Below, piece after piece: positions 19,678 through 32,682 of a DNA stretch of 64,000 nucleotides (position 1 is its first letter; the number at the start of each line of letters is the position of its first letter). A program made the translations under genes and the position numbers. A model generated the notes under the pieces. The model saw only the letters and a program-made list of their open reading frames with translations. It was not told the origin of the DNA and made no database searches. Source of the stretch: Gemmatimonas sp. (GTDB taxonomy: Bacteria; Gemmatimonadota; Gemmatimonadetes; Gemmatimonadales; Gemmatimonadaceae); assembly GCA_965279375.1 (NCBI GenBank), contig OZ257156.1:2976001-3040000 (forward strand). Reading direction: 5' to 3'.

Positions 19678-20817
19678 GTGAACCCCGTGTCCCGCAGGAC
19701 TACGCGCATGCTGCTGGTGTGTGCGTCGTTGCTGGGGGGAGCGCTTGGCTGCTCGTCAGGCCCGTCGTTCGGCTTGCGACGGCAGGCGCCGGTGCCGCCG
19801 CCGGCTAGCTACGCAGAACAGTTCGATGTCTTGTGGGAGCGGTTTCAGTCGCTCTATCCATCGTTCGGCTATAAGGGCGTGGACTGGCGCGGCCAACGCG
19901 TCGCGTATCGAGATCGTGCGCTGCACGCTCGGTCGCAGGATGAGTTCATCGCGATCGCTCGTGAGATGCTCGCGCCGCTACACGACCTGCATGTCTGGTT
20001 CGTGGATCCGCGCGGCCAGGTCGTGCCCACGTATCGCCCGCCAACCGTCGCCAACTTTGAGCGGTCGCGCTGGGAGCGTACGCTGCGGGATGCCGGCGCG
20101 GTCAATCGCGGCGGTGATGTGCGCGAAGCGGTAGTGGGTGGCTACGGCTACCTGTTCATCGGCTCATGGAAGTCTCCAAACGACGCTGCGTCGCTCGACA
20201 TGTCGCTGGCGCGTTTGCGCGATCTGCCGGGGCTGATCATCGACGTGCGTACCAACGGCGGCGGCATCGACGCGACGGCGCTGTCGCTCGTCTCGCGCTT
20301 TGCGTCGACGCCGTTCGCCGCATCCTACGTGCAGGTGCGCAATGGCCCGTCGGCTGGCGACCTCGATGAACCGACCGCGCGCATGGTTAACCCGCGCGGT
20401 GCGTGGCAGTACACCCGTCCGGTAGTGATCATCGCGGGGCGCGCAGGCTTCAGCGCCACGGAGAGCTTTGTCGCTGCGATGCGCACACTCCCGCAAGTCA
20501 CCGTCATCGGCGACACCACGGGCGGCGCCTCCGGCAATCCCGCCATGTTTTCACTCGGCCGCGGGTGGCAGTTCACCGTGCCGCGCTGGCTCGAGTATGG
20601 CCCGGACCACAAGCCGATCGAGGGGCGCGGCGTGGCGCCGCAGCTGCCGATCTCCTGGTCGCCATCGCAGTACGCGCGTGGCCGCGATCCACTCATCGAC
20701 GCTGCGGTCGGTCTGCTTGGCGAGCGCAACGGCCTCTATCGCATGGCGCCCGCAGCGGGACCGAATGGCCCTGCTGATGAGCCCAAGTCAGCGCCGAGTG
20801 GCACGCGTGGACGCTGA
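19678..20817 (+). CDS. S41 family peptidase, probable lipoprotein
   Basis: ALGC lipobox, IIDVRTNGGG, FSATE catalytic Ser, VIGDTTGG and IEGRGVAP. Confidence 0.9.
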   Translation: MNPVSRRTTRMLLVCASLLGGALGCSSGPSFGLRRQAPVPPPASYAEQFDVLWERFQSLYPSFGYKGVDWRGQRVAYRDRALHARSQDEFIAIAREMLAPLHDLHVWFVDPRGQVVPTYRPPTVANFERSRWERTLRDAGAVNRGGDVREAVVGGYGYLFIGSWKSPNDAASLDMSLARLRDLPGLIIDVRTNGGGIDATALSLVSRFASTPFAASYVQVRNGPSAGDLDEPTARMVNPRGAWQYTRPVVIIAGRAGFSATESFVAAMRTLPQVTVIGDTTGGASGNPAMFSLGRGWQFTVPRWLEYGPDHKPIEGRGVAPQLPISWSPSQYARGRDPLIDAAVGLLGERNGLYRMAPAAGPNGPADEPKSAPSGTRGR

Positions 20818-21985
20818 CACGCTGTCCGCGCAGCGCGCGCCGGATCTGTTCGTGGACGGCCCCAACCTTCCAGTGTGGGACGATGCACGCTGGCGTCCGC
20901 TGCCAGCGCTCGAAGGAAACGTGGTCGCCGATACGTGCGTCATCGGCCTGGGTGGGTCGGGGCTGACGGCCATCGAGGAGCTGCTCGCGCGCGGACAGCG
21001 CGTGGTTGGCATCGACGCGGCCGATGTGGCGGCGGGAGCGGCCGGTCGGAACGGCGGCTTTCTGTTGGCGGGTGCCTACGACTTCTACCACGACGCGGTG
21101 CGGCTGCATGGTCGCGAACGCGCACAGTCGATTTATCAGGCGACGCTTGGGGAAATGCAACGCATTGCCGAGGCCGCGCCTGGCACCGTGCGCTTTGTTG
21201 GGTCGCGGCGCATTGCAGCAAGCGCGGCCGAGACTGAGGATTGTCGCGAACAGCTGCGCGTGATGCAGGCGGACGGCCTGCCGTGCGAGTGGTACGAGGG
21301 TGATGACGGCGTCGGGCTGACCATCCCGACCGATGCGTCATTCAATCCGCTGGCGCGCTGCCGCATACTCGCACAGCGAGCGATGTCAGAGGGCGCGCAG
21401 CTGTTCGCTCGTTCTCCCGTCACGGCGATGACGCGCGGGCGCGTGGAGACGCCTCACGGCGTCGTGACCTGCGAGCGCGTGATCGTGGCGGTGGACGGCG
21501 GACTCGAGCTGCTGTTGCCGGAGCTGGTCGGTCGGGTGCGCACGGCGCGGCTGCAGATGCTCGCCACCGCGCCCACGTCCGAGCGGACGGTGCCGTGTCC
21601 GATGTACTACCGCGAAGGCTACGAGTACTGGCAGCAGCTTGAGGACGGCTCGATCGCGATCGGTGGATTCCGCGACAAGGCCGGCCCCAGCGAATGGACT
21701 ACCGACGCCCGCCCAACCGAACTGGTGCAAGGGATGCTCGAGGCGTTCCTGCGCGAGCAGTTGGGCGTGCAGGCGCCGATCACGCACCGATGGGCGGCGC
21801 GTGCGGCGTTCTCGTCCACGGGGCTGCCGGTGCTGGCGCAGGTACGCGACGGCATCTGGGCGATTGGCGCCTACAGTGGCACGGGTAACGTGATCGGGGC
21901 GCTGTGCGGACGTGCGGTGGTGGCGCTGGCCGTCGACGGCAACCGTGCGCCAGCGCACGCCCTCGTGGGTGCGGCCGCGGGATAA
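20807..21985 (+). CDS. FAD-dependent amino-acid/amine oxidoreductase (DadA/PuuB-like)
   Basis: VIGLGGSG, GAAGRNGG, and C-terminal AYSGTGNV. Confidence 0.88.
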   Translation: MDADTLSAQRAPDLFVDGPNLPVWDDARWRPLPALEGNVVADTCVIGLGGSGLTAIEELLARGQRVVGIDAADVAAGAAGRNGGFLLAGAYDFYHDAVRLHGRERAQSIYQATLGEMQRIAEAAPGTVRFVGSRRIAASAAETEDCREQLRVMQADGLPCEWYEGDDGVGLTIPTDASFNPLARCRILAQRAMSEGAQLFARSPVTAMTRGRVETPHGVVTCERVIVAVDGGLELLLPELVGRVRTARLQMLATAPTSERTVPCPMYYREGYEYWQQLEDGSIAIGGFRDKAGPSEWTTDARPTELVQGMLEAFLREQLGVQAPITHRWAARAAFSSTGLPVLAQVRDGIWAIGAYSGTGNVIGALCGRAVVALAVDGNRAPAHALVGAAAG

Positions 21986-22083
21986 CCGGGCGGTGAGGCT
22001 GTAGGACGCCGCCGGAGGCTGTACATTGCGACGCGGCTCGTCCCCTCTCTGCCGCGCTGCAGTCGAAGTCTCTTCCCTCAGCG

Positions 22084-22521
22084 ATGCTCCTTCCGCTCCG
22101 TCCACTCCTCATGGCCTCGTTGCTCGCCCTGTACTGGCATGCGCCACAACAAGCGACCGCGGACAACGTGCTCGCGGCGTGCCCCGATACGCCCAATTGC
22201 GTATCGACAGAGGCGACGCGCGAGTCGCAGCGTGTGCCCACGGTCGCGTTCGCCGACAGCCCGACCGCGGCGCTGGCGCGCGCACGAGCGGCGGTGCTGG
22301 CCGAGCCGCGCAGCAAGATCACGGTGGAGCGGGCGGGGTACGTACGTGCGGAGTGTCGCAGCATGATCTTCCGCTTCGTTGACGACGTAGACGTTGTGGT
22401 CGATTCGCAGGCGCACGTCTTTCGCTTTCGCTCGGCGTCGCGCGTAGGGCGGAGCGATCTGGGTGTCAATCGCAAGCGCGTGGCGCGCATCGCCGAACGC
22501 CTGAAGACGGTGACACCGTGA
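22084..22521 (+). CDS. DUF1499 family protein
   Basis: CPDTPNCVST, FRFVDDV and RSASRVGRSDLGVNRKR. Confidence 0.92.
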   Translation: MLLPLRPLLMASLLALYWHAPQQATADNVLAACPDTPNCVSTEATRESQRVPTVAFADSPTAALARARAAVLAEPRSKITVERAGYVRAECRSMIFRFVDDVDVVVDSQAHVFRFRSASRVGRSDLGVNRKRVARIAERLKTVTP

Positions 22522-22531
22522 GTGTGTGCGT

Positions 22532-23020
22532 ATGAGTGACACGACGATTCGCTCGGCGACGGCGGCCGACGTTCCGCTGATTCGCGAGCTGATTGAAGGG
22601 TTGGCCGAGTACGAGAAGCTGCGACACGAGTGTGTGGCAAGCGATGCGTTGTTGCACGAGTCGCTGTTTGGAGCGCGCCCCTACGCCGAAGTGCTGATCG
22701 CGGAACGCGATGGTGCCGCGGCGGGCTTCGCGCTCTTCTTTCACAACTATTCGACGTTTCTGGCGCGCCCGGGGATCTACCTCGAGGATCTGTATGTGCG
22801 CCCCGAGTGCCGCGGGCATGGTGTAGGGAAGACGCTGCTTCGGCGACTGGCAGCGTTGGCGGTGGAACGGAACTGCGGTCGCCTCGAGTGGTCCGTGTTG
22901 AACTGGAACACGGACGCGATCGGCTTTTACGAACAGTTGGGCGCTCGTCCGCAGGATGAGTGGACTGTCTACCGCGTCACCGGCGATGCCCTGACGCACC
23001 TCGCAAACGGAGAAGCGTGA
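22532..23020 (+). CDS. GNAT N-acetyltransferase (spermidine/diamine acetyltransferase-like)
   Basis: LAEYEK, YLEDLYVRPECRGHGVG and WSVLNWNTDAIGFY. Confidence 0.93.
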   Translation: MSDTTIRSATAADVPLIRELIEGLAEYEKLRHECVASDALLHESLFGARPYAEVLIAERDGAAAGFALFFHNYSTFLARPGIYLEDLYVRPECRGHGVGKTLLRRLAALAVERNCGRLEWSVLNWNTDAIGFYEQLGARPQDEWTVYRVTGDALTHLANGEA

Positions 23021-23901
23021 TGAGTGACCAATTCGTGCGGGCGACGACGCGCCGCGATGTGTTGCGTCTGCTGGCCGCGGGCGTGGCGGGTGGTACGCTG
23101 ATGCCCTCGCTCGCCAAGGCGGCGTCGCGTGATGGAGTGTGGGGCGCGGAGTCGCGCCGCATCGATCACATCGGCTTGCAGCTGTACACGGTGCGTGACG
23201 CGATGGCGAAGGATCTCGAAGGAACCATCGCGGCGGTGGCGGCGGCTGGGGTGACCGATCTCGAGTTCGCCGGCTACTACGACAAGGATCCGACGTGGTG
23301 GAAGGCGACGCTCAAGAAGTACAACCTGACCGCACCGTCGGCGCACTTGCCGTTGCCGGAAACGGACGCCGGTTGGGACAAGCACATGGAGCTGGCGAAT
23401 GCGATGGGGCACAAGATCGTGATCATGCCGTACCTGTTGCCCGATCAGCGCAAGACCAAGGATGACTGGAAACGTGTTGCAGATCGCTTGAACGTCGGCG
23501 GCACCAAGGCGAAGGCGGCCGGGCTCGAGTTCGGCTATCACAATCACGACTTCGAATTTGCGCCGATCGAGGGCACGACGGGGTGGGACATCATCACGTC
23601 GCAGGCGGACAAGTCGCTCGTGCACCTGGAGATGGACCTGTACTGGACGGTGAAGGCGGGGAAGGATCCCGTGGCACTGATGGAGCAGCACAAGGGCCGC
23701 GTGACTTGCTGTCACGTGAAGGACATGGGGCCTGCCCCGAAGAAGGATTTCGCCGATGTGGGCGCCGGCTCGATCGATTTCAAGACGATCCTGACCAAGG
23801 GGCGCGCGCTTGGGCTCAAGCACTGGTTCATCGAGCGCGACGTGTCGCCCGATCCGCTCGCGAGCGTGCGTGCCGGCGCACTCGCGATGAAGAAGCTGTG
23901 A
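23020..23901 (+). CDS. Tat-exported sugar phosphate isomerase/epimerase (IolE/AP-endonuclease-2 TIM barrel)
   Basis: TTRRDVL Tat motif, GLQLYTVR, YHNHDFEF, EMDLYW, HVKD and IERD. Confidence 0.9.
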   Translation: MSDQFVRATTRRDVLRLLAAGVAGGTLMPSLAKAASRDGVWGAESRRIDHIGLQLYTVRDAMAKDLEGTIAAVAAAGVTDLEFAGYYDKDPTWWKATLKKYNLTAPSAHLPLPETDAGWDKHMELANAMGHKIVIMPYLLPDQRKTKDDWKRVADRLNVGGTKAKAAGLEFGYHNHDFEFAPIEGTTGWDIITSQADKSLVHLEMDLYWTVKAGKDPVALMEQHKGRVTCCHVKDMGPAPKKDFADVGAGSIDFKTILTKGRALGLKHWFIERDVSPDPLASVRAGALAMKKL

Positions 23902-25307
23902 TGCGCGGGGTTCGTTGGCGTGCGCTGCTCAGTGCGAGCATCGGCCTCGCACTGCCCGTCGTGCTGCGCGCACAGGCGGCGCCCGCCGTCGAGCCCTTGG
24001 CGCGACGCATTCTGTCGGAGTTGGTAGCGATCAACACCACGGTCAGCACGGGCTCGTCCACGCCAGCCGCGCGCAAGCTGGCCGCGCGGTTCTTGGCCGC
24101 AGGATTTCCCGCGGCCGATGTGATGGTGATGGGGCGTGGCCCCAAGAGTCAGAACGTGATCGTGCGTCTGCGCGGAAAATCGAAGGCCAAGCCGATTCTC
24201 TTCAACGCGCATCTCGACGTGGTCGAAGCGCCGCGACTGGATTGGGGTTCCGACCCGTTCGTCCTGACGGAAAGGGATGGTTACCTGTACGGCCGCGGTG
24301 TCACCGACGACAAGGGACCGGCGTCATCGATGGCGGCGGCATTCATCGTCGCGAAGCAGCGGAAGCTGGTGCCGGAGCGCGACCTGCTGCTTGCGCTCAC
24401 CACAGGCGAGGAGAGCGACGTCGAGAACGGCGCCGTGTGGCTGCTGGAGAAGCAGCGTGCGCTCGTGGATGTCGCATACGTGCTCAATCTCGACGCGGGC
24501 GGCGCGAGCGTGGAGAAGGGGAAGGTGATCTCATACGGCATCGAGGCCGCCGAGAAGGTGTATATGGATCTCGACGTCGTGGCCCGCGGCGCTGGCGGTC
24601 ATAGCTCCGTGCCGCCCGTCGAGACGCCCATCGACCATTTGGCGCGCGCGCTCGACAAGATCGGCCGCTACAAGTTCAAGGCGCAGATCAATCCGGTCAT
24701 GCGCAGCTACTTCGCCAAGGCCGGACCGCTCGAAGGTGGAGCCATGGGTGCAGCGATGAGCGCGCTCGCCGCCAATCCCGACGATCAGGCGGCGCAGGCA
24801 ACGCTCAGTGCCGATCGGAGCAAAAATGCGTTGCTGCGCACGACGTGCATCGCGACCATCCTGCGCGGCGGCACCGCTCCGAACGCCATTCCGCAGGAAG
24901 TGTCGGCGAACGTGAACTGCCGCGTGCTTCCGGGCACGCCGCAGGACGACATCCTTCGCGCGCTGCGCGATGTCGTCGCGGATACGTCCATCGATATTCG
25001 TGTCGCGTCTCCGATGCATCCGAGCGATCCGTCCATGCCTCCGCCGGCGATCCTCGAGCTGATCGAGCGCGTGGTGCATGCGGAGTATCCGGGTATTCCG
25101 GTCATGCCGTACATGGAGACAGGCGCGACGGACGGACTGTGGTTCCGCAACGCCGGCATCCCGGTGTATGGTGTGACGGGGTTCTATATCGAGTCCGGTG
25201 ATCTGAATCGCGCGCACGGCAAGGATGAGCGGATCTCGCTGGCGGGATTCGGCGCGATGGTGCGACACGCGGTCCGCCTGCTGGACGAGGTTGCCAAGGC
25301 GAAGTAG
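23901..25307 (+). CDS. M20/M25/M40 family metallo-hydrolase, secreted
   Basis: AHLDVV, GRGVTDDKG, GEE, GGHSS, GATDG and AHGKDERI. Confidence 0.93.
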   Translation: MRGVRWRALLSASIGLALPVVLRAQAAPAVEPLARRILSELVAINTTVSTGSSTPAARKLAARFLAAGFPAADVMVMGRGPKSQNVIVRLRGKSKAKPILFNAHLDVVEAPRLDWGSDPFVLTERDGYLYGRGVTDDKGPASSMAAAFIVAKQRKLVPERDLLLALTTGEESDVENGAVWLLEKQRALVDVAYVLNLDAGGASVEKGKVISYGIEAAEKVYMDLDVVARGAGGHSSVPPVETPIDHLARALDKIGRYKFKAQINPVMRSYFAKAGPLEGGAMGAAMSALAANPDDQAAQATLSADRSKNALLRTTCIATILRGGTAPNAIPQEVSANVNCRVLPGTPQDDILRALRDVVADTSIDIRVASPMHPSDPSMPPPAILELIERVVHAEYPGIPVMPYMETGATDGLWFRNAGIPVYGVTGFYIESGDLNRAHGKDERISLAGFGAMVRHAVRLLDEVAKAK

Positions 25308-25345
25308 CTTCGCGACGCACGCCCTCTCCCTCCCGGTGCGTCTCT

Positions 25346-26929
25346 ATGATTCTGCGAAGCAACCTTCCCGACGTCGTCATCCCCGACACGCCGTTGGTGC
25401 CGTTCATCCTGCAGCATGCCGAAAGGCTGCGCGACAAGACGGCGATCGTCTGCGGAGTGACCGGCAGCTCGTATACGTACGGCGAGCTCGCCGATCACAT
25501 TCACCGCGTGGCCGCAGGGCTGCACGCGGCCGGAATTCGCAAGGGTGATGTCGTCGGTTTGGTGAGCCCCAACATCCCGCAATTCGCCGTCGTCTTCTTT
25601 GCCGTCGTGCAATTGGGCGCGATCTGCTCGACGGTGAATCCGATCGCCACGGCGGAGGAGATCGGCGCACAGTTCGCCGACTCCGAAGCGGTCGCACTAT
25701 TCACCATCCCCGCGATGGTGGAGAAGTGTCAGGCTGCTGCGCGGCTCGCGTCGACAGTGCGCACGCTCTATGTCATCGGCGAGTCCGAGCACGACGGCGT
25801 GTTGCCCTTCGCCTCGCTGCTCACGCATGGCGACACGCCGCCGCACGTCGACATCGATCCGGCCAACGATCTCGCCGCCCTGCCGTACTCGAGCGGCACG
25901 TCGGGGATTCCCAAGGGCGTGATGCTCACGCATCGCAACCTCGTGGCGAATCTCGTGCAGATGCATTCACTCGAATTCGTGTTCGAGTCGGATATCGCGT
26001 TGGGAGTGCTGCCGTTCTTTCACATCTACGGCATGGTCGTGGTGATGGGAGGAGTGTTCACGCAGGGCGGCACTGTCGTCTCCATCCCACGATTCGAACT
26101 GGAGCCGGTTCTCAAGATCATTCAGGATCACAAGATCACAGTGGCGAACGTGGTGCCGCCGATCATTCTCGCGTTGGCCAAGCATCCTGCCGTGTCCAAC
26201 TACGACGTGAGCAGCCTGCGCATGATCTTCAGCGGCGCGGCGCCACTGGGTGCGGAGCTCGCGAGTGCCTGTTCGGCGCGACTCAAGCTGCGCGTGCGTC
26301 AGGGATACGGTCTCACGGAGACGAGTCCCGTCACGCACAGCCACCCGATGTCGGATGCGTTCGAGAAGCTGGAGTCGGTGGGGCCGCCGGTGCCCAACAC
26401 CGAATGCCGCATCGTCATTCCCGGCACCGACGAAGACGCACCGATCGGCGAACGCGGCGAGCTCTGGATGCGGGGACCACAAGTGATGAAGGGCTACTTC
26501 AACAAGCCCGAAGCCACAGCGATGTGCATGACATCGGACGGCTGGTTCAAAACCGGCGACGTGGCGGTGGTGGACGAGCGCGGCTGGTTCGCGATCGTCG
26601 ATCGCGTGAAGGAGCTGATCAAGTACAAGGGACTGCAGGTCGCGCCGGCCGAGCTCGAGGCGATTCTGCTCTCACATCCGAACGTCGCGGACGCCGCTGT
26701 CATCCCGGTGCCCGACGACGACGCCGGCGAGATTCCCAAGGCGTACATCGTATCTCGCGGTGAGCTGACCGCGGAGGCGGTGATGGAGTTCGTCGCCGAG
26801 CGCGTCTCGCCCTACAAGAAAGTGCGTCAGGTGGAGTTCGTGGACACGATTCCCAAGTCGCCGTCGGGGAAGATTCTGCGACGCTTGCTGGTGGACCGCG
26901 AACGCGCGCGCGTTGCGGCCACATCGTAG
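25346..26929 (+). CDS. 4-coumarate-CoA ligase-like AMP-dependent acyl-CoA synthetase
   Basis: PYSSGTSGIPKG, LPFFHIYG, QGYGLTE, GELWMRG, DRVKELIKYKG and PKSPSGKILRR. Confidence 0.93.
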   Translation: MILRSNLPDVVIPDTPLVPFILQHAERLRDKTAIVCGVTGSSYTYGELADHIHRVAAGLHAAGIRKGDVVGLVSPNIPQFAVVFFAVVQLGAICSTVNPIATAEEIGAQFADSEAVALFTIPAMVEKCQAAARLASTVRTLYVIGESEHDGVLPFASLLTHGDTPPHVDIDPANDLAALPYSSGTSGIPKGVMLTHRNLVANLVQMHSLEFVFESDIALGVLPFFHIYGMVVVMGGVFTQGGTVVSIPRFELEPVLKIIQDHKITVANVVPPIILALAKHPAVSNYDVSSLRMIFSGAAPLGAELASACSARLKLRVRQGYGLTETSPVTHSHPMSDAFEKLESVGPPVPNTECRIVIPGTDEDAPIGERGELWMRGPQVMKGYFNKPEATAMCMTSDGWFKTGDVAVVDERGWFAIVDRVKELIKYKGLQVAPAELEAILLSHPNVADAAVIPVPDDDAGEIPKAYIVSRGELTAEAVMEFVAERVSPYKKVRQVEFVDTIPKSPSGKILRRLLVDRERARVAATS

Positions 26930-26969
26930 CGTGTCGCGCGGTGCTGAACTCGGCGATGAGATCGGGCAT

Positions 26970-27932
26970 GTGAAGCAGCACGGCGCAGGATGGGCCCGTC
27001 GCTTCGCGTTTGCCGTGGGGCTGCTGCTGTGCGCATGGACCAACACTGCCTACGCGCAACGGCGCTTCACGACCACGCAGCGCTGCAGTGCAGCGCAACG
27101 TGCGGCCGGATGTCTGATCGTGCTGGGCTCTGGCTTTCCGGTACCTGACCCCGAGCGCGCAGGGCCCGCGTACGCCGTCGTGTACGGTGATCGTACCTTC
27201 CTGTTCGACGCAGGGGCCGGTGTGATGCGTCGCGTGGCAGCGGCTGGATTGCCCATCGATGGCGTGACGCGACTCTTTCTGACGCATCTGCACAGCGACC
27301 ACACGTTAGGGCTGCCCGATGTCATCTTCACCACGTGGGTGATGGGGCGGAAGACGACGATGCCGATCAGTGGCCCTCCTGGCACTCGACAGATGACAGA
27401 TCATCTGCTGGCGGCGTGGCAGGAAGACATTCGCATTCGCACGGATGGTCTCGAGCGGGGGCAGCGCAACGGCGAGCGTGTGCAGGTGAGCGAGACGCGC
27501 GGCGGCGTCGTGTACGACAGTGCGGGGGTGCGCATCACGGCGGTGCGTGTGCCGCACGGCGACTGGGAAACGGCACTCGGCTACGTGATCGAGACGCCGA
27601 CGCGCAAGCTCGTGATTTCCGGCGATACCGGTCCGTCGGATGCGCTCTTCGATGCGGCGCGCAACGCCGACGTGCTCGTGCACGAAGCGTATCCCGCGGT
27701 GCGCCTCAAGGCGGAGAATCGGCCCGGCGGCGATGAGTGGCCGAGGTACATGCGCGCTGTCCACACGAGTGACGCCGAGATCGGCGCGATGGCCGCGACG
27801 CGTGGCATCAAGACGGTTGTGTTGTCGCACATCATCTGGCAGGGCGGCACACCCGCCGAGGTGCTCGCGGGCGTACGTCGCGGTGGCTATCGCGGCGCGG
27901 TGCGCGTGGCCAACGACCTCGACGTCTACTGA
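26970..27932 (+). CDS. Secreted MBL-fold metallo-hydrolase (RNase Z/AtsA arylsulfatase-like)
   Basis: Signal peptide, LGSG, FDAG, THLHSDH, SGDT and VHEA. Confidence 0.88.
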   Translation: MKQHGAGWARRFAFAVGLLLCAWTNTAYAQRRFTTTQRCSAAQRAAGCLIVLGSGFPVPDPERAGPAYAVVYGDRTFLFDAGAGVMRRVAAAGLPIDGVTRLFLTHLHSDHTLGLPDVIFTTWVMGRKTTMPISGPPGTRQMTDHLLAAWQEDIRIRTDGLERGQRNGERVQVSETRGGVVYDSAGVRITAVRVPHGDWETALGYVIETPTRKLVISGDTGPSDALFDAARNADVLVHEAYPAVRLKAENRPGGDEWPRYMRAVHTSDAEIGAMAATRGIKTVVLSHIIWQGGTPAEVLAGVRRGGYRGAVRVANDLDVY

Positions 27933-27959
27933 GATCCGCAGAACCGGGCGCGAAGCCCG

Positions 27960-27975
27960 TGGATCGCGCCTTGCA
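27960..27975 (+). promoter_or_regulatory. Possible sigma54 promoter for the DUF4142 gene
   Basis: TGGATCG-CGCC-TTGCA has GG-N10-GC spacing and lies about 80 bp upstream of ATG28054; the -24 box is imperfect. Confidence 0.35.
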
Positions 27976-28053
27976 TGGAATCCTGATGCACCTCCCCGGT
28001 TCGCGCGACATGATCGCGCTGAGCTCGCCGGGGGACAGCTGAGTGGAGCCAAC

Positions 28054-28653
28054 ATGCACAAGAAGATCCGCACCATTGCGCTAGTCGCTGTGGCGATGAG
28101 CGCGAGCGCCTGCGACAAGAAGCCTTCTGCAACAGCCGATTCGTTGGCCGCCCAGCCGAGTAACGGCAGCGCGATGGACTCCGCCGCGTTGATGGCGCCG
28201 TCTGTTCTCTCTGACGCGAACATCGTGTATCTCATCGACGGAGCGCACGTCGCCGACAGTACGCGAGGAGCGTTGGCGGTGACCAAGGGCACGCATCCGG
28301 AAGTGCGCTCGTTTGGCACGCAGATGATTGCGGATCATCATTCACTCCGCGCTGACGAAATCGCGATGACGACGACGCTCGCTATCTCGCAGATGGCACC
28401 GTCTGGCGACAGGAGCGAAGCGGATGACAAGGCGCAGCTTGACGCGCTCACGACCGAGAGCAAGGGCGTCGCGTGGGATCAGCGGTACATGGAGTACGAG
28501 ATCACGCACTTGCGCGCGTTCCTCGAAACGATCAATCGCGCGACCGCAGCGACGTCATCGCAGCCACTCAAGCTTCAGCTGATGAAGTCCACGCCGATAC
28601 TGCAAAGTCATCTCGATCAGGCGATCGCTCTGCAGTCCAAGCTGCCGCACTGA
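28054..28653 (+). CDS. DUF4142 family lipoprotein
   Basis: GGAG RBS, SASAC lipobox, LSDANI, VRSFGTQMIADH, DQRYM..EI.H and LQSHL. Confidence 0.85.
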   Translation: MHKKIRTIALVAVAMSASACDKKPSATADSLAAQPSNGSAMDSAALMAPSVLSDANIVYLIDGAHVADSTRGALAVTKGTHPEVRSFGTQMIADHHSLRADEIAMTTTLAISQMAPSGDRSEADDKAQLDALTTESKGVAWDQRYMEYEITHLRAFLETINRATAATSSQPLKLQLMKSTPILQSHLDQAIALQSKLPH

Positions 28654-28683
28654 TCGGCGGCAGCTTGGCGTTAGGGACACACT

Positions 28684-29811
28684 TTACGCGAGTTGCGTTT
28701 CCACGAACTCCGGCGCCATCAGCCCCTGCAGCGACCGGCCGTGCGGGTCCTGCGTGGCGCGCACCTTGTTGACCAACTGCAGCGCGGTCTCGGTGCAGGG
28801 CGGCAGCTCGCGGTCGGATGTGCCAAGCGGCGTGACGCGACTGCCCCACTTCACCAGCAGCGAGCAGTAGGTGAGTCCGCCGCCAAACGCTGGCATGAGA
28901 ATGGTGGCACCGGGCTTCACGCGCCCTTGTTCCAGCGCTTCCACCAACGCGACGGGCACGGTGGCGGCGCTCATGTTGCCGTACTTGTGCACCGTCACGA
29001 TCACCTTCTCCATCGGGATCTGCGCGTACTTGGCCACCGCTTCGATGATGCGCAGGTTGGCCTGATGCGGCACGACGAGATCGACCGCGTCCGGGCTCAC
29101 GTTGCACTGCTGCATCACGCGCGCTGAAGCATCGGCCATCGCGTGCACGGCGCGCTTGAAGATCACCTGGCCGTCGAAATCCCAGATCGTGTCGCCGAAG
29201 TTCACGTCGAGTCCTGCGTACGTGCAACCGAAGCCGCGCACACGCAGACTCTGTCGCGCTTCGGCGTCGCAGCCGAGGATGCTGCCGAGCATCCCCTCTT
29301 CGTTGTCGGAGGCCTGGAGTACGACTGCGGCCGCGCCGTCGCCGAAAAGCACGGCCACGTTGCGATTGCTCCAGTCCATGTAACGGCTGATGAGCTCCAC
29401 GCCGATGACGATGGCGTTGCGGACCATGCCGCTCCGGATCATGGCCGTTGCCGTCGCGAGTCCGTAACAGAAACTGGTGCAGGCGGTGTTCAGATCAATG
29501 GCGGCCGCCTTGGTGGCACCAAGGGCGATCTGCACGCCGGAGGCGCTGTTGGGCACCAGCTCGTCGTTGCTGACGCCACCGTAGATGATCAGATCTACAT
29601 CCGTCGCATCGAGGCCGGCGCAGGCCAGTGCGCGCGCAGACGCCACGGCCGACAGATCAATCGCGCTGACGTGGGAGATGCGTCGTTCGCGCATACCCGT
29701 TCGCGACGTGATCCACTCGTCGGAGGTCTCGAGAAACGTGGAGAGGTCGTCGTTACTGAGGACGGCCGGGGGCATGCAGGCGCCCCATCCGGTGATTGCA
29801 GCGTAGGTCAT
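28684..29811 (-). CDS. fabH: 3-oxoacyl-ACP synthase III
   Basis: TSDEWITSRTG, catalytic ACTSF, LFGDGA, PHQAN, YGNMSAA and FGGGLT. Confidence 0.92.
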   Translation of the reverse strand: MTYAAITGWGACMPPAVLSNDDLSTFLETSDEWITSRTGMRERRISHVSAIDLSAVASARALACAGLDATDVDLIIYGGVSNDELVPNSASGVQIALGATKAAAIDLNTACTSFCYGLATATAMIRSGMVRNAIVIGVELISRYMDWSNRNVAVLFGDGAAAVVLQASDNEEGMLGSILGCDAEARQSLRVRGFGCTYAGLDVNFGDTIWDFDGQVIFKRAVHAMADASARVMQQCNVSPDAVDLVVPHQANLRIIEAVAKYAQIPMEKVIVTVHKYGNMSAATVPVALVEALEQGRVKPGATILMPAFGGGLTYCSLLVKWGSRVTPLGTSDRELPPCTETALQLVNKVRATQDPHGRSLQGLMAPEFVETQLA

Positions 29812-29939
29812 GCGGAAGGGAGGTGGAGGGACGGGTAGTATCGCACCGCGGCGCGCCATTGACGAGTGTTTCGGCGCTGGCCACTGGCGGCTGCCATAGG
29901 CCGCTGGCTCTCGGTGGGTTCACGTTGCAACTTCCCGAG

Positions 29940-32633
<2,694 letters not shown>

Positions 32634-32682
32634 CGCGCTACACTACCCATCGTTCATCGCCGTTCCCACCACCGCCCCTCCC

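Noticed and set aside
25346..29811. CoA ligase + MBL hydrolase + FabH as a pqsA/pqsE/pqsD-like biosynthetic cluster
   Set aside because: fabH is on the opposite strand, the MBL protein has a signal peptide and RNase Z/AtsA-type motifs, and there are no ACP or tailoring genes.
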